DNA of 64,000 nucleotides from Conexibacter sp. Its GTDB lineage: Bacteria > Actinomycetota > Thermoleophilia > Solirubrobacterales > Solirubrobacteraceae. Both the position numbers and the translations under genes were made by a program. Shown here piece by piece: positions 54,713-63,611 of this stretch. The stretch is from positions 102-64,101 of the forward strand of contig DASRAV010000057.1 of assembly GCA_035637995.1 (NCBI GenBank), given 5' to 3'. Below the pieces are notes generated by a model. The model had not been told where the DNA came from. It did not search any database and worked only from the letters and a program-made list of their open reading frames with translations. How positions within the stretch are numbered: position 1 is the stretch's first letter; every line of letters begins with the position of its first letter.

Positions 54713-55260
54713 CGCTCTGGCGGATCCTGCCGCACGATCCGCAGGCTGGCGAGATCGAGCCGGGAGGAGCGCTCTGGTTCCCGCGCGGCTTGCAGGGGAC
54801 CGGCCGCCACGACAACCGCGACCGCTACGGCTGCCTCTACCTCGCGACCGATCCCGTCGCGGCGATCGCCGAGACGCTCGCGCCGTTCCGCGGCACCGGC
54901 GAGCTCGTGGAGGCGATGCTGATGCGCGGCGGCCGCGCGCTCGCGCTCGCCGCGCTGGCGCTCGACGCGCAGGCCGAGCTGGTCGACCTCGACGACCCGG
55001 CGGTGCTGCTCGACGCCGCGCTGCGGCCCTCGCATGTCGCGACGCGCGTGCGCGCCGTGACGCAGGCACAGGCGCTGCGGCTCCACGACGAGCGTCCCGA
55101 CGCCGCTGGCCTGCGCTGGTGGTCGACGCTCGAGTCCTCCTGGATCAACGTGACGCTGTTCGATCGCGCTGCGGGGTTGCTGGCCGCCGAACGCGTCGAG
55201 CCGCTGACGCTCGGCGACGCGCGCGTGCGGCGGGCGGCCGCGTCGCTCGGGCTCGGCTGA
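54709..55260 (+). CDS. RES-domain toxin (MbcT/ParT-like NAD+-targeting family)
   Basis: GTGRHDNRDRYGCLYLA (Arg), VAAIAETL (Glu), and RWWSTLESSW (Ser) arranged as in RES domains. 183 aa. Confidence 0.85.
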   Translation: MTLWRILPHDPQAGEIEPGGALWFPRGLQGTGRHDNRDRYGCLYLATDPVAAIAETLAPFRGTGELVEAMLMRGGRALALAALALDAQAELVDLDDPAVLLDAALRPSHVATRVRAVTQAQALRLHDERPDAAGLRWWSTLESSWINVTLFDRAAGLLAAERVEPLTLGDARVRRAAASLGLG

Positions 55261-56214
55261 TCAGCGCACCAGCAGCGCCGCGCCGAGCGCGCCGCCGAGG
55301 TCGCCGAGCGCCGCGAGGCGCACGTCCGGCGGGCGCTCGTCGGCGAACAGATGCGGCGCCATCGCCGCGACGATCCGCTCCACGTAGGGCTCGCCGAGCC
55401 GCAGACCGAGACCGCCGCCGATCACGACCCGCTCGACGTCGAGCAGGTTGACCGCCGAGGCGATGCCGGCGCCGAGCGCGGCGACCGCCTCGTCGATCAG
55501 CCGCCGGGCCAGCTCGTCGCCGTGCTCCAGCGCACGCGCCCAGATCCCGCTCGTCAGGCGCGTGCGATCGTGGCGCTTCATCAGCTTGAAGAGGTCGGTC
55601 GGCTCGCCCTGCTCGTGCAGGTGGCGGGCGCGCGCCTCCAGCGCCGCGCGGCCGCTGTAGGCCTCCATGCAGCCGCGCCGGCCGCAGGGGCAGCGGCGCC
55701 CGTCGAGCTTGATCACGATGTGGCCGATCTCGCCGGCGGCGCCGCGCCCGAGCCACGGCTCGCCGTCCAGCGCGATCCCGCCGCCGACGCCGGTGCCCCA
55801 GAAGACGCCGAGCAGCGAGCGCGCGTCGCGCCCGGCGCCGAGCGCGACCTCCGCGTCGGTCGCGACCTGCACGTCGTTGCCGAGCAGGACCTTGGTGCCG
55901 AGCGCGTCGCGAAGCGCCTGCGCGAGCGCGAACGCACCGTCCCAGTCGGGCAGGTTGCGCGCTTCGGCGACGGTACCCGCGCCCGCGTCGACGACGCCGG
56001 GGGAGCCGACGCCGACGCCCGCGAGCGCGCTCGTCTCCAGCCCCGCGGCCTGCGCCGCCTCGCCGAGCGCCCGCGCCATCGCGGCCGCGACGTCGGGCGG
56101 CCCGCCCGCGGACGGCGTCGGATGACGGGCCTGCCCGAGGACCGCGTTGTCGCCGTCGACGACGACGGCCTGGATCTTCGTGCCGCCGAGGTCGATCCCG
56201 CCGCGTGCGCTCAC
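55261..56214 (-). CDS. ROK-family sugar kinase (glucokinase-like)
   Basis: GTG 56214. IDLGGTK, GNDVQVA, and ROK zinc motif GHIVIKLDGRRCPCGRRGCMEAY. Confidence 0.9.
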   Translation of the reverse strand: MSARGGIDLGGTKIQAVVVDGDNAVLGQARHPTPSAGGPPDVAAAMARALGEAAQAAGLETSALAGVGVGSPGVVDAGAGTVAEARNLPDWDGAFALAQALRDALGTKVLLGNDVQVATDAEVALGAGRDARSLLGVFWGTGVGGGIALDGEPWLGRGAAGEIGHIVIKLDGRRCPCGRRGCMEAYSGRAALEARARHLHEQGEPTDLFKLMKRHDRTRLTSGIWARALEHGDELARRLIDEAVAALGAGIASAVNLLDVERVVIGGGLGLRLGEPYVERIVAAMAPHLFADERPPDVRLAALGDLGGALGAALLVR

Positions 56215-57449
56215 GCCGGCGCCTCGGCCGGGATCGGATCGAGCGAGGACCGCCCTTCGCGCGGCAGCGCCAGCGACAGCGCGAGCGCCGGGAGCGGGAG
56301 CGCCGCCAGGATCAGCAGCACCGGCCTGAGGCCGACCTGGTCGGCGAGGACCCCCAGCAGCGCCGCCATCGCGCCGCCCGCCCCGATCGCCGCGCCGAGC
56401 GTGATGCCGGAGGCGACGCCGATGCGGTTCGGCAGGTACTCCTGCCCGAGCACGACGGTGATCGAGAACGTCCCGACGGTGAAGAACCCGACGAGCGCGA
56501 GCAGCGCGAACGCGGCCGGCTCGCCGACGACGAGCGCAAGCAGCATCAGCGGCGTCAGCACGCAGTTGCAGGCGACGAGGATCCGCCGCCGGCCGAGGCG
56601 GTCCGCCAGCCGGCCGCCGACGAGCGTGCCGAGCGCTCCGGCGACGAGGATCGTCGTCAGCGCGGCGTTCGCGACGCCGGTGGAGCTGTCGAAGTGGGTG
56701 ATGAAGTAGGCGGGGACGAACGCCTGCAGGCCGTAGTACGCGCCGGAGCGCACGGCCGCGATCCCGGCGATGCGCGCGAACGGTGCCCAGCGGTCCGGGA
56801 CGGCCGCGGCGGCGTGCGACGCGGCGTCCGAGCGGCGCTCGGGATGGAAGCTCCGCAGGCGCGGCAGCTCGCGCGCGAGCAGCGCGGCGATCGTGAGCAT
56901 CGGCACCAGCAGCCAGACGGTGCCATGCAGTCCGAGCGCGAGCACGAGCGGCGTGACGAGGATCGGGCCGAGCGCGAAGCCGACGTTGCCGCCGACCGAG
57001 TACAGGCTCATGCCGCTGGCGCGCCGCGAGCCCGAGACGTAGTTCGCGTACCGCGCACCCTCGGGATGGTAGGCGCCGACGCCGAGCCCGGCGAGCGCGA
57101 CGGCCGTGAACGTCAGCGGATAGCTGGAGACGAGGCCCGCCGTCGCGATCCCGGCCGCGGCGAGCACGACGCCGCCGGGCAGCAGCCACGGCAGCGAGCG
57201 ACGGTCGGCGAGGAAGCCGAACAATGGCTGCAGCAGCGACGAGGCGCCGGTCATCGCGAAGACGAGCGCCGCGGCGGCCGCGTAGCTGTAGCCGCGGTCG
57301 CGGATCAGGAACGGCAGCAGCGCCGGCACGGCGCCCTGCGCGACGTCCACGCATGCGTGTCCGCTGGAGAGCGTGAGGATTCCGCGACGGTCGACGCCGG
57401 CCCCGGTCATGCGCCCGAGGGTAGCGGCGGGCGCGGTTTCAGCCGTCAC
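56211..57449 (-). CDS. MFS transporter
   Basis: 412 aa, about 12 TM. GRLADRLGRRRIL loop motif. The stop overlaps the ROK start. Confidence 0.9.
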   Translation of the reverse strand: MTAETAPAATLGRMTGAGVDRRGILTLSSGHACVDVAQGAVPALLPFLIRDRGYSYAAAAALVFAMTGASSLLQPLFGFLADRRSLPWLLPGGVVLAAAGIATAGLVSSYPLTFTAVALAGLGVGAYHPEGARYANYVSGSRRASGMSLYSVGGNVGFALGPILVTPLVLALGLHGTVWLLVPMLTIAALLARELPRLRSFHPERRSDAASHAAAAVPDRWAPFARIAGIAAVRSGAYYGLQAFVPAYFITHFDSSTGVANAALTTILVAGALGTLVGGRLADRLGRRRILVACNCVLTPLMLLALVVGEPAAFALLALVGFFTVGTFSITVVLGQEYLPNRIGVASGITLGAAIGAGGAMAALLGVLADQVGLRPVLLILAALPLPALALSLALPREGRSSLDPIPAEAPA

Positions 57450-57562
57450 CCGCCCCTATCGGTATACATAAGATCGATTATCGAGCATTGATGCGAGCGG
57501 AACGGGGCGCCACGCCCTGCCCTCGCGGCTCGAGCCCGACCCGCGGGTTCGTATACAGGCGA

Positions 57563-57793
57563 TCAGGCGGCGCCGGCGCTGTCGCCGCCACCGAAGGGCG
57601 GCTCGTGATGCGGAGCGCCGTCGCCGTCGCTCGAGCGGCTGCGCGCGCGGTCTGCTGCCGCGTGGCGGCGCTTGGTGCGGCGGGCCTCGTCGCGCACGCG
57701 CTCGCGCAGCGGCTGCTCGACGTCGGTGGCGCGCTGCTGACGCCGGCGCGCGAGCTCGTCCAGGCCGGTCGGGCTGTCCTCATGCGAGCGCAT
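57563..57793 (-). CDS. Hypothetical 76-aa highly charged protein
   Basis: 3' part of track ORF 57563..58552. ATG 57793 lies 41 nt after the MEDS-kinase stop. Almost every codon ends in G/C in this frame. No motif recognised. Confidence 0.45.
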   Translation of the reverse strand: MRSHEDSPTGLDELARRRQQRATDVEQPLRERVRDEARRTKRRHAAADRARSRSSDGDGAPHHEPPFGGGDSAGAA

Positions 57794-57834
57794 GCGATCT
57801 CTGCTTCGGCAGCTTGCCAGAAAAGCTTGAGCGA

Positions 57835-58746
57835 CTAGCCTGCGGGTACCAGGTGGAGCCGCATCCGGGCCCCCTCGATCTCGACGCGATCGCAGAGCTG
57901 GCGGGCAATCCACAGGCCCCGTCCGCTGCGCGCGTCCGTGCCGGGCATCAGATATCCCGCAAGCTGCGAGGCGACCCCCGCGCCGCCGTCCTCGATCTCG
58001 CAGACGAGCTGCCCCGCAGCCTCCCACACGCGCGCGCGCCGCGGCCGGCGGCCATGCACGATCGCGTTCGTCGCCAGCTCGCCGGCGGCGACGCGCAGCG
58101 CCTCGAGCTGCTCGCCGTGCAGTCCGGCGTACGTCGCCTGCTCGGTGACGAACGCGCGCACGATCGCAGGATCTGCGTCGAACGCCAGCTCGGCGACCGG
58201 CCCGGCCGGTTCGTCGAGACGGTCGGCGAGCGTCTCGAGGTAGGCGTGAGGATCTGTGGCGTCGGGGTTGGGCACCGACCCGAGCCCGTCGCACAGCAGC
58301 GGGTGCGTGCGGCGCGCGTGCGCGACGATCGACCCCGGCAGACGACGCGCGTCGTACGGGCAGACCAGGTCGACCGCGGCGTCCGCGAACGCGATCGTCA
58401 AGATCGCCTCCGCGCGCGCCCACTCGCGCACGACCGGCTCGGAGCGATCCGGGTACGGCGGCTCGCCAAGCGCACGGATGCGCCCGCCGCCGTGATGCGC
58501 GGCGAGGTAGTGCGTGTAGCCGGCGAGCGTGCGCGGCGGCGTCTCGTACCACTCGGAGGGGGCGCGGAAGTCGACGACGGCCGCATCCTCCCCCAGGCGC
58601 TCGCGCAACGTCCGCTCGCGCTCGGCGCCGAGGATCACCATCACCGGCTCCCCGCGCTCGATCCCCTCGCGCACGAACGGCTCGGCGACGGCGAGCAGCT
58701 GCTCGGGCTCGTCGTAGATCAGGGCCTGGTGCGCGAGCCCGCTCAT
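57835..58746 (-). CDS. MEDS-domain protein fused to an RsbW/SpoIIAB-like anti-sigma serine kinase domain (HATPase_c_2)
   Basis: N-terminus HQALIYDEPEQLLAVAEPFVREGIERGEPVMVI (MEDS). C-terminus ELATNAIVHG, EIEDGGAG, GRGLWIARQLCD. Confidence 0.8.
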   Translation of the reverse strand: MSGLAHQALIYDEPEQLLAVAEPFVREGIERGEPVMVILGAERERTLRERLGEDAAVVDFRAPSEWYETPPRTLAGYTHYLAAHHGGGRIRALGEPPYPDRSEPVVREWARAEAILTIAFADAAVDLVCPYDARRLPGSIVAHARRTHPLLCDGLGSVPNPDATDPHAYLETLADRLDEPAGPVAELAFDADPAIVRAFVTEQATYAGLHGEQLEALRVAAGELATNAIVHGRRPRRARVWEAAGQLVCEIEDGGAGVASQLAGYLMPGTDARSGRGLWIARQLCDRVEIEGARMRLHLVPAG

Positions 58747-59720
58747 GTCCCCTCCTCCCTGCGCAGGACGCGCGGCGCGGGCGCGCGCTCGTCGCCGAAC
58801 AGCTCCAGCATGCGCCGCACGAGCGGCGGCGGCTCGTGCAGCAGCAGCGCGCGGCCGCGGGCCGCCAGGCGCGCGGCGGCCGCGTGCAGCTCCGCCAGCC
58901 CGCGCGCGTCGAGGAACGTGAGCGCTTGCAGGTCGAGCGTCAGGTCGGTCGGGCTCTCACTGGCGATCCGCAGCACGTCCGTGAAGCGCTCCACCGTCGC
59001 CAGGTCGACGCTGCCGGCGACGGAGAGGCGATCGTCGGCGGTGAAGGTCAGCTCCAGCTCGTCGGCGATCCGCGCCACGGCGTGGTGGTGCCAGCCGCCG
59101 CACATCGCGACCGGATGCGCCTGCGCGGCGCCCAGCACGTGCTCGCCGCTCCAGCGTCGCTCGTCGTAGAGGCAGACGGCCGAGAACGGCAGCCGCGCGA
59201 ACAGCGCGCCCGCGGCCCGCTCGTAGACGAGCAGCTCGCTCGGGTCCATTCCCGCGTTCAGCGCCCATGCCATGTCGACGACGACGCGTAGCCCGCGAAA
59301 GCCGTCGTCGAGCGCCGACTGCGTCATCTCCCCCCACGCCGCGCTCACGCGCGCGGGGTCGTAGTCGACCGCTGCGTAGACGTCGTCCTGCGGCGTCACC
59401 GCAAGCTGGCCGCCCGCCGCGCTGCGCGCACGCTCGCAGCCCGCCAGCGCGAGCGCGTCGATGACCGCAGCGGGCGTCTCGCGATCGGGGATGTAGACGA
59501 CCCGATCCCCCGCCCGCAGGCCGGCGTCGACGTAGGCGGCGGTGACGTCCCAGCGATCGTCGTCCGACGCATACAGCAGGCATGCGTGATCGTGCACGGC
59601 GATCGTGGAGACGGAGCGAAACGCGGACAAGGGTCCCCCGGATGGCGGGGCCCCACTATATGCATTCGTCCAGTGGACGTTCGAGGAACGCGCAAGCCGG
59701 GCACGTTCTCCCCATGACAA
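58743..59720 (-). CDS. MEDS-domain protein fused to a STAS (anti-sigma-factor antagonist) domain
   Basis: HACLLYASDDDRWDVTAAYVDAGLRAGDRVVYI (MEDS). C-terminus LSVAGSVDLATVERF...LDLQALTFLDARGLAEL (STAS). Coordinates are the maximal ORF. The real start is probably internal (TTG 59630 after GGGGGA, or GTG 59597), because 59720 would overlap the divergent neighbour. Confidence 0.78.
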   Translation of the reverse strand: MSWGERARLARSSNVHWTNAYSGAPPSGGPLSAFRSVSTIAVHDHACLLYASDDDRWDVTAAYVDAGLRAGDRVVYIPDRETPAAVIDALALAGCERARSAAGGQLAVTPQDDVYAAVDYDPARVSAAWGEMTQSALDDGFRGLRVVVDMAWALNAGMDPSELLVYERAAGALFARLPFSAVCLYDERRWSGEHVLGAAQAHPVAMCGGWHHHAVARIADELELTFTADDRLSVAGSVDLATVERFTDVLRIASESPTDLTLDLQALTFLDARGLAELHAAAARLAARGRALLLHEPPPLVRRMLELFGDERAPAPRVLRREEGT

Positions 59721-59929
59721 TCGGCTCCAGCCTCTTCCTGATCGCCGTCGGCGCGATCCTCAAGTACGCCGTGACCGCCCATGTCGCCGGCATCGACATC
59801 CAGGTCGTGGGCGTGATCCTCATGGTCGCGGGCGCGATCGGACTCGTGCTCGGCCTCTTCATGTATGTCAGCGCGAGCGCACGGGCGCGTCGCGGCGACA
59901 TCCCTCCTCCCCCGCCCGACGCCTACTGA
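59714..59929 (+). CDS. Small two-TM membrane protein (DUF6458-like)
   Basis: ATG 59714. MTIGSSLFLIAVGAILKYAV...IQVVGVILMVAGAIGLVLGLF, followed by a Pro-rich tail. Confidence 0.7.
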   Translation: MTIGSSLFLIAVGAILKYAVTAHVAGIDIQVVGVILMVAGAIGLVLGLFMYVSASARARRGDIPPPPPDAY

Positions 59930-59933
59930 ACGG

Positions 59934-60407
59934 TCAGTGGACGAGCGTCTTCAGGACGACGATCACCAGCCCGAACGCCGCATCCACGCTGCCTGCGAGC
60001 AGCGCGCCGAGCCAGGTCGAGGACGTGCGCAGCCCGATGAACGCGCCCCACGCCGCCAGCTGAGCGACGCTGGCCGCGAGCGCGAGGTCGACGCCGGCCG
60101 TGACCGACCAGGCGCCGACGGCGGCGGGCGCGAGCAGGGCGAGCGGGATCGCCGCGCTCTGGAGCATCGGCCACTGCCGGCGGGCCATCTTGCGCAGCCG
60201 CGCGAAGGACAACGGCGCCGAGCGTTCGATGCGCGCGGCCATCGCATCCGCCCACACGTGCGCAAGCCAGAAGACGACCATCGTCGAGCCGACCGCGAGC
60301 ACCATCGCCCCTGCGGTGGCGTGCTCCTCGTCGAGCGAGCTGATCAGCGCGGCGACGAGGATCGAGCCGTAGATCGCGGCGGCGTAGTTCGCCTCCGACT
60401 CCTGCAC
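59934..60407 (-). CDS. Hypothetical integral membrane protein
   Basis: 157 aa with about 4-5 TM segments and good GC3 bias. No family recognised. Confidence 0.7.
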   Translation of the reverse strand: MQESEANYAAAIYGSILVAALISSLDEEHATAGAMVLAVGSTMVVFWLAHVWADAMAARIERSAPLSFARLRKMARRQWPMLQSAAIPLALLAPAAVGAWSVTAGVDLALAASVAQLAAWGAFIGLRTSSTWLGALLAGSVDAAFGLVIVVLKTLVH

Positions 60408-60453
60408 CGTTCCAGTATTCCGCGCCGGCCGGCGCGCACCGGCCTCTTGGCGC

Positions 60454-61941
60454 TCAGACCAGCGTGAACTGGCCGACGAGGCGGTCGAGCTCCTCGGCGG
60501 TCTTCGCCAGCTCCTGGGCGGAGGCGGCGACCTGCTGGGTCGCGGCGGACGTCTGCTGCGTCGAGGCCGAGACCTGCTCGCTCGAGGCCGAGGACTGCTC
60601 CGCGACGGCGGCGACCTGGGCCATGCTCTCCTGCATCCGCGTGGCGCGGCCGGCGATCTGCTCGATCGAGGTCGCGATCCGCTCGACGCGGTCGCTCATG
60701 TCGCCGACCGACTCGCCGATGCGCTCGAACGACGCGCGCGCCTGCTCGACGGTCGTGGCGCTGTCCTCGGTGCGACGGGCGCCGGCCTCGACGACGTCGA
60801 CGACGCGGCCGGTCTCGCGCTGGATCTCCTCGACGAGGTCCGCGATCGTCGCGGCGGCGCCGCGCGACTCCTCGGCGAGCTTGCGCACCTCCTCGGCGAC
60901 GACGGCGAAGCCGCGTCCCTGCTCGCCGGCGCGCGCCGCCTCGATCGCGGCATTGAGCGCAAGCAGGTTCGTCTGCTCGGCGATGCCGGTGATCGTGCCG
61001 ACGATGCCGCCGATCCGCTCGGACTTCTCCCCCAGGTCGCGCATCGCGCTCGTCGCCTCGGTGGAGACCTCGCGTGCGGCGGCCATCGCGGCGCTGGCGC
61101 GCGTCACCGTGAGCGCGCCCTCCTCGGCGACGCCGCGCGCCTGCTGGGCGGCGCTCGCCGTCTCCATCGCGTCCTCGGCGCTCTCCTTCGTCGCGGCTGC
61201 GACCTCGATCGTCAGCTCGCGCGCCTCGGCGACGGAGCGCACCTGGCGCCCGGCTCCCTGCGCGACCTCGCTGACGGTCGTGGAGATCTCGCCGATCGCC
61301 CTGCCCGTCTCCTCGGAGGTCGTCGCCATCTGCTGGGAGGCGGCCGCGACGCTCGCGGAGCTGTGCGCGATCTCCTGCAGGATCGCGGCGACGCGGGCGC
61401 GCATGCGGTTGTAGCCCTCGATCGAGGCGAAGGTCGTCTCGTGGATCGCGTTGACGGCGCGTGAGACGTCGCCGATCTCGTCGCTGGAGATGCGTTCGAT
61501 CTGATGCGTGGTCGAGCGCGCCTCGACCGTCATGTCGCCGTTCGCGACGGCCGTCAGGCCCTCGGCGAGGCCGTTGACGTCGTCGTCGCGCAGGTGCGAG
61601 AGCTGCGTGAGCACGCGTCGCACGCGCATCCGCAGGGCAAGGGTGATCCAGGTCGAGAGCGCCCCGGCCAGCAGCGCGCCGACGATCGCGGCGACGACGA
61701 TGAGCGTGCGCGACATCGAGACCGTCGAGGAGAACTGCGAGTTCAGCTGGTCGGCGTGCAGCCGCACGCTCCGCGTCAGCCACGGCAGCTGCGCCGCCTC
61801 GGCGCGCGCGTGGTCGGTCTTGAGCGAGCTGATCGTCGAGAGCGCGACGATCGCGACGCCGATCAGGAACAGCACGACGACGCCGAAGGCAAGCCCGAGC
61901 TTGCGCCCAACGGTCCAGCGGACACCCATGAAGCCCTTCAA
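60454..61941 (-). CDS. Methyl-accepting chemotaxis protein (short extracytoplasmic loop, HAMP, MA domain)
   Basis: TTG 61941 lies 5 nt after AGGAGG. Highly conserved hairpin [38 protein letters not shown]. Confidence 0.93.
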   Translation of the reverse strand: MKGFMGVRWTVGRKLGLAFGVVVLFLIGVAIVALSTISSLKTDHARAEAAQLPWLTRSVRLHADQLNSQFSSTVSMSRTLIVVAAIVGALLAGALSTWITLALRMRVRRVLTQLSHLRDDDVNGLAEGLTAVANGDMTVEARSTTHQIERISSDEIGDVSRAVNAIHETTFASIEGYNRMRARVAAILQEIAHSSASVAAASQQMATTSEETGRAIGEISTTVSEVAQGAGRQVRSVAEARELTIEVAAATKESAEDAMETASAAQQARGVAEEGALTVTRASAAMAAAREVSTEATSAMRDLGEKSERIGGIVGTITGIAEQTNLLALNAAIEAARAGEQGRGFAVVAEEVRKLAEESRGAAATIADLVEEIQRETGRVVDVVEAGARRTEDSATTVEQARASFERIGESVGDMSDRVERIATSIEQIAGRATRMQESMAQVAAVAEQSSASSEQVSASTQQTSAATQQVAASAQELAKTAEELDRLVGQFTLV

Positions 61942-62052
61942 CGCTGCCTCCTGACCGCCCGGCGCGCGCAGACGCGACGGGGCCGACGGTTCGTCTTCCC
62001 GAGTCAGTCGGCAGCCGGCGCGGAATGTTGAGCGGCGCTGCGGGAGCGCGGA

Positions 62053-63459
62053 CTACCGCGCGATCGTCGCCGGGCCCGTGTGCGTCGTGCCGTCGGGCGC
62101 CGTCCAGACGACGCGCCATGCACGACCCGTCTTGGCGGCGACGGTGCGCTGCCAGTAGCCGTTGGCGCCGTAGTGCTGGGTCGCCAGCGGCTTCCAGCCG
62201 TGGCCGCGGTCGTGGATCTGGATCGCCAGCGAGCCGGCATGGCCGTGCGCAGGACGCACGAAGCCCCACAGGCCGCTCTTCCCATGGCGGGCGGGCAGCA
62301 CGACGAGCGGAAGGCGGAAGCCCTCGAACGACGGCTTGAGCTTGGAGCCCTTGAACAGGATCAGGCCGGACTCGAACGCGCTGTGGCTGTTGAGCACCGT
62401 CGCGTCGTCGCGCAGCAGGTACTGCGAGAACGACTTCACGCGCGGATTGGCGTACGCGATCCGCTCGGAGATCGAGCGAAAGTCGGACTGCGTCGCGAGC
62501 GGCACGCCGAGCTGGCGGTCCGGGAAGCTCTGGACGCCGAACTCCGTGATGTAGATCGGCAGCCGCCGCGGCAGCGCACCGGCGCGGGCCGCGCGATCGA
62601 GCGCGCTCGTGAGGCGCCCCAGCACGCCGATCGTGACGTTGTCGGCATTCGCCGGGACCAGGTGCGGTCCCGCCGCGTTCGAGTACGGGTGCATCGCCAG
62701 CCCCTGCGTCGCCAGCTTCGCGCAGCCACGGCCGACCCTGCGGTAATGGCTGTCGAGGCACAGGACCCCGCGCAGGAACGCCAGCGGCGCGATCGTGCCG
62801 TCCTCGTGCTGGCTGTTCGCCTGCGGCGCGAGCTCGCCGAGCAGGATCGGTGCGCTCACATGCGCCGAGCGCAGGCCCTCGTACGCCTTCAGGTAGAGCT
62901 GACGGTAGATCCCCGCGCTCGCGAGCTTGCGACCGTGGCGCGTCGTGTAGAGCGGCTTGAGCAGCTTGCCGAGGTTCGGCTCGTTCCACACCGACCACCA
63001 CGACACCTTCGTCCCGTAGCGTCGCCCGACGGCGGTCGCGAACTTGCCGAACGCGGTCGCGCTCGGACGCGTCAGGAAGTCGCGCCTGCTCGCCGTCGCC
63101 CACTTCGGTGCGCCGCCGGTGATCGTCAGCAGCACCTTCAGCCCGCGTGCGCGGGCGCCGTCGATCGCGGCGTCGTAGCGCGCCCAGCCGGCGGCCGGAT
63201 AGGCGTTCGGGTCGGTCGCGTTGAAGCTCGGCGCGTGCGTCGCCGTCGGATCGGGCGCCACCTGGTTCCACGTCAGTTGGATGCGGACCGCCGTCGCGCC
63301 GAGCGACTGGATCTGGTCGAGCGCGGGGCCCGGGGCGCCGCCGAGCAGCTCCGCGGGCGCCTCGACGGTCGTGAACTGGCGGGAGCTCGCGCTCGCCGCC
63401 GCGGTCGGCACGAGCACGGCGAGGCACGTCACGAGCACGAGCAGGATCCGTTGGCGCAC
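62053..63459 (-). CDS. Secreted TIM-barrel glycoside-hydrolase-like protein (clan GH-A / GH5-like) with a C-terminal beta-domain
   Basis: GTG 63459 lies 8 nt after AAGGAGG. Signal peptide LLVLVTCLAVLVPTAAASA. WSVWNEPN acid/base-type motif and ITEFG nucleophile-type motif. Confidence 0.65.
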   Translation of the reverse strand: MRQRILLVLVTCLAVLVPTAAASASSRQFTTVEAPAELLGGAPGPALDQIQSLGATAVRIQLTWNQVAPDPTATHAPSFNATDPNAYPAAGWARYDAAIDGARARGLKVLLTITGGAPKWATASRRDFLTRPSATAFGKFATAVGRRYGTKVSWWSVWNEPNLGKLLKPLYTTRHGRKLASAGIYRQLYLKAYEGLRSAHVSAPILLGELAPQANSQHEDGTIAPLAFLRGVLCLDSHYRRVGRGCAKLATQGLAMHPYSNAAGPHLVPANADNVTIGVLGRLTSALDRAARAGALPRRLPIYITEFGVQSFPDRQLGVPLATQSDFRSISERIAYANPRVKSFSQYLLRDDATVLNSHSAFESGLILFKGSKLKPSFEGFRLPLVVLPARHGKSGLWGFVRPAHGHAGSLAIQIHDRGHGWKPLATQHYGANGYWQRTVAAKTGRAWRVVWTAPDGTTHTGPATIAR

Positions 63460-63611
63460 GAAGTGGTCCTCCTTGAGGGACGGGGGCTGTCGCGCTCGTG
63501 GCGCGACCGATTCGGAGTCCGCGACCGGCGATCTGGCGGACGCTCTCTGCCCCTAACGCGTTGGCGCGCCGAAGGTAGCGCACTCGCCCGACGGTTGCCG
63601 GGCGGATCCAT

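Noticed and set aside
55258-55263. Convergent genes sharing palindromic stop junctions (TGATCA at RES/ROK, and CTAG at rnj/APH 14915-14918)
   Set aside because: This is a real sequence curiosity that shows extreme gene packing. It is most simply explained by chance overlap of stop codons, and no functional claim is justified.
60421-60436. 16-bp perfect GC palindrome CGCGCCGGCCGGCGCG after the MCP gene
   Set aside because: It has no loop and no U-tract, and such GC palindromes arise easily at this composition. At most it is a weak bidirectional terminator.
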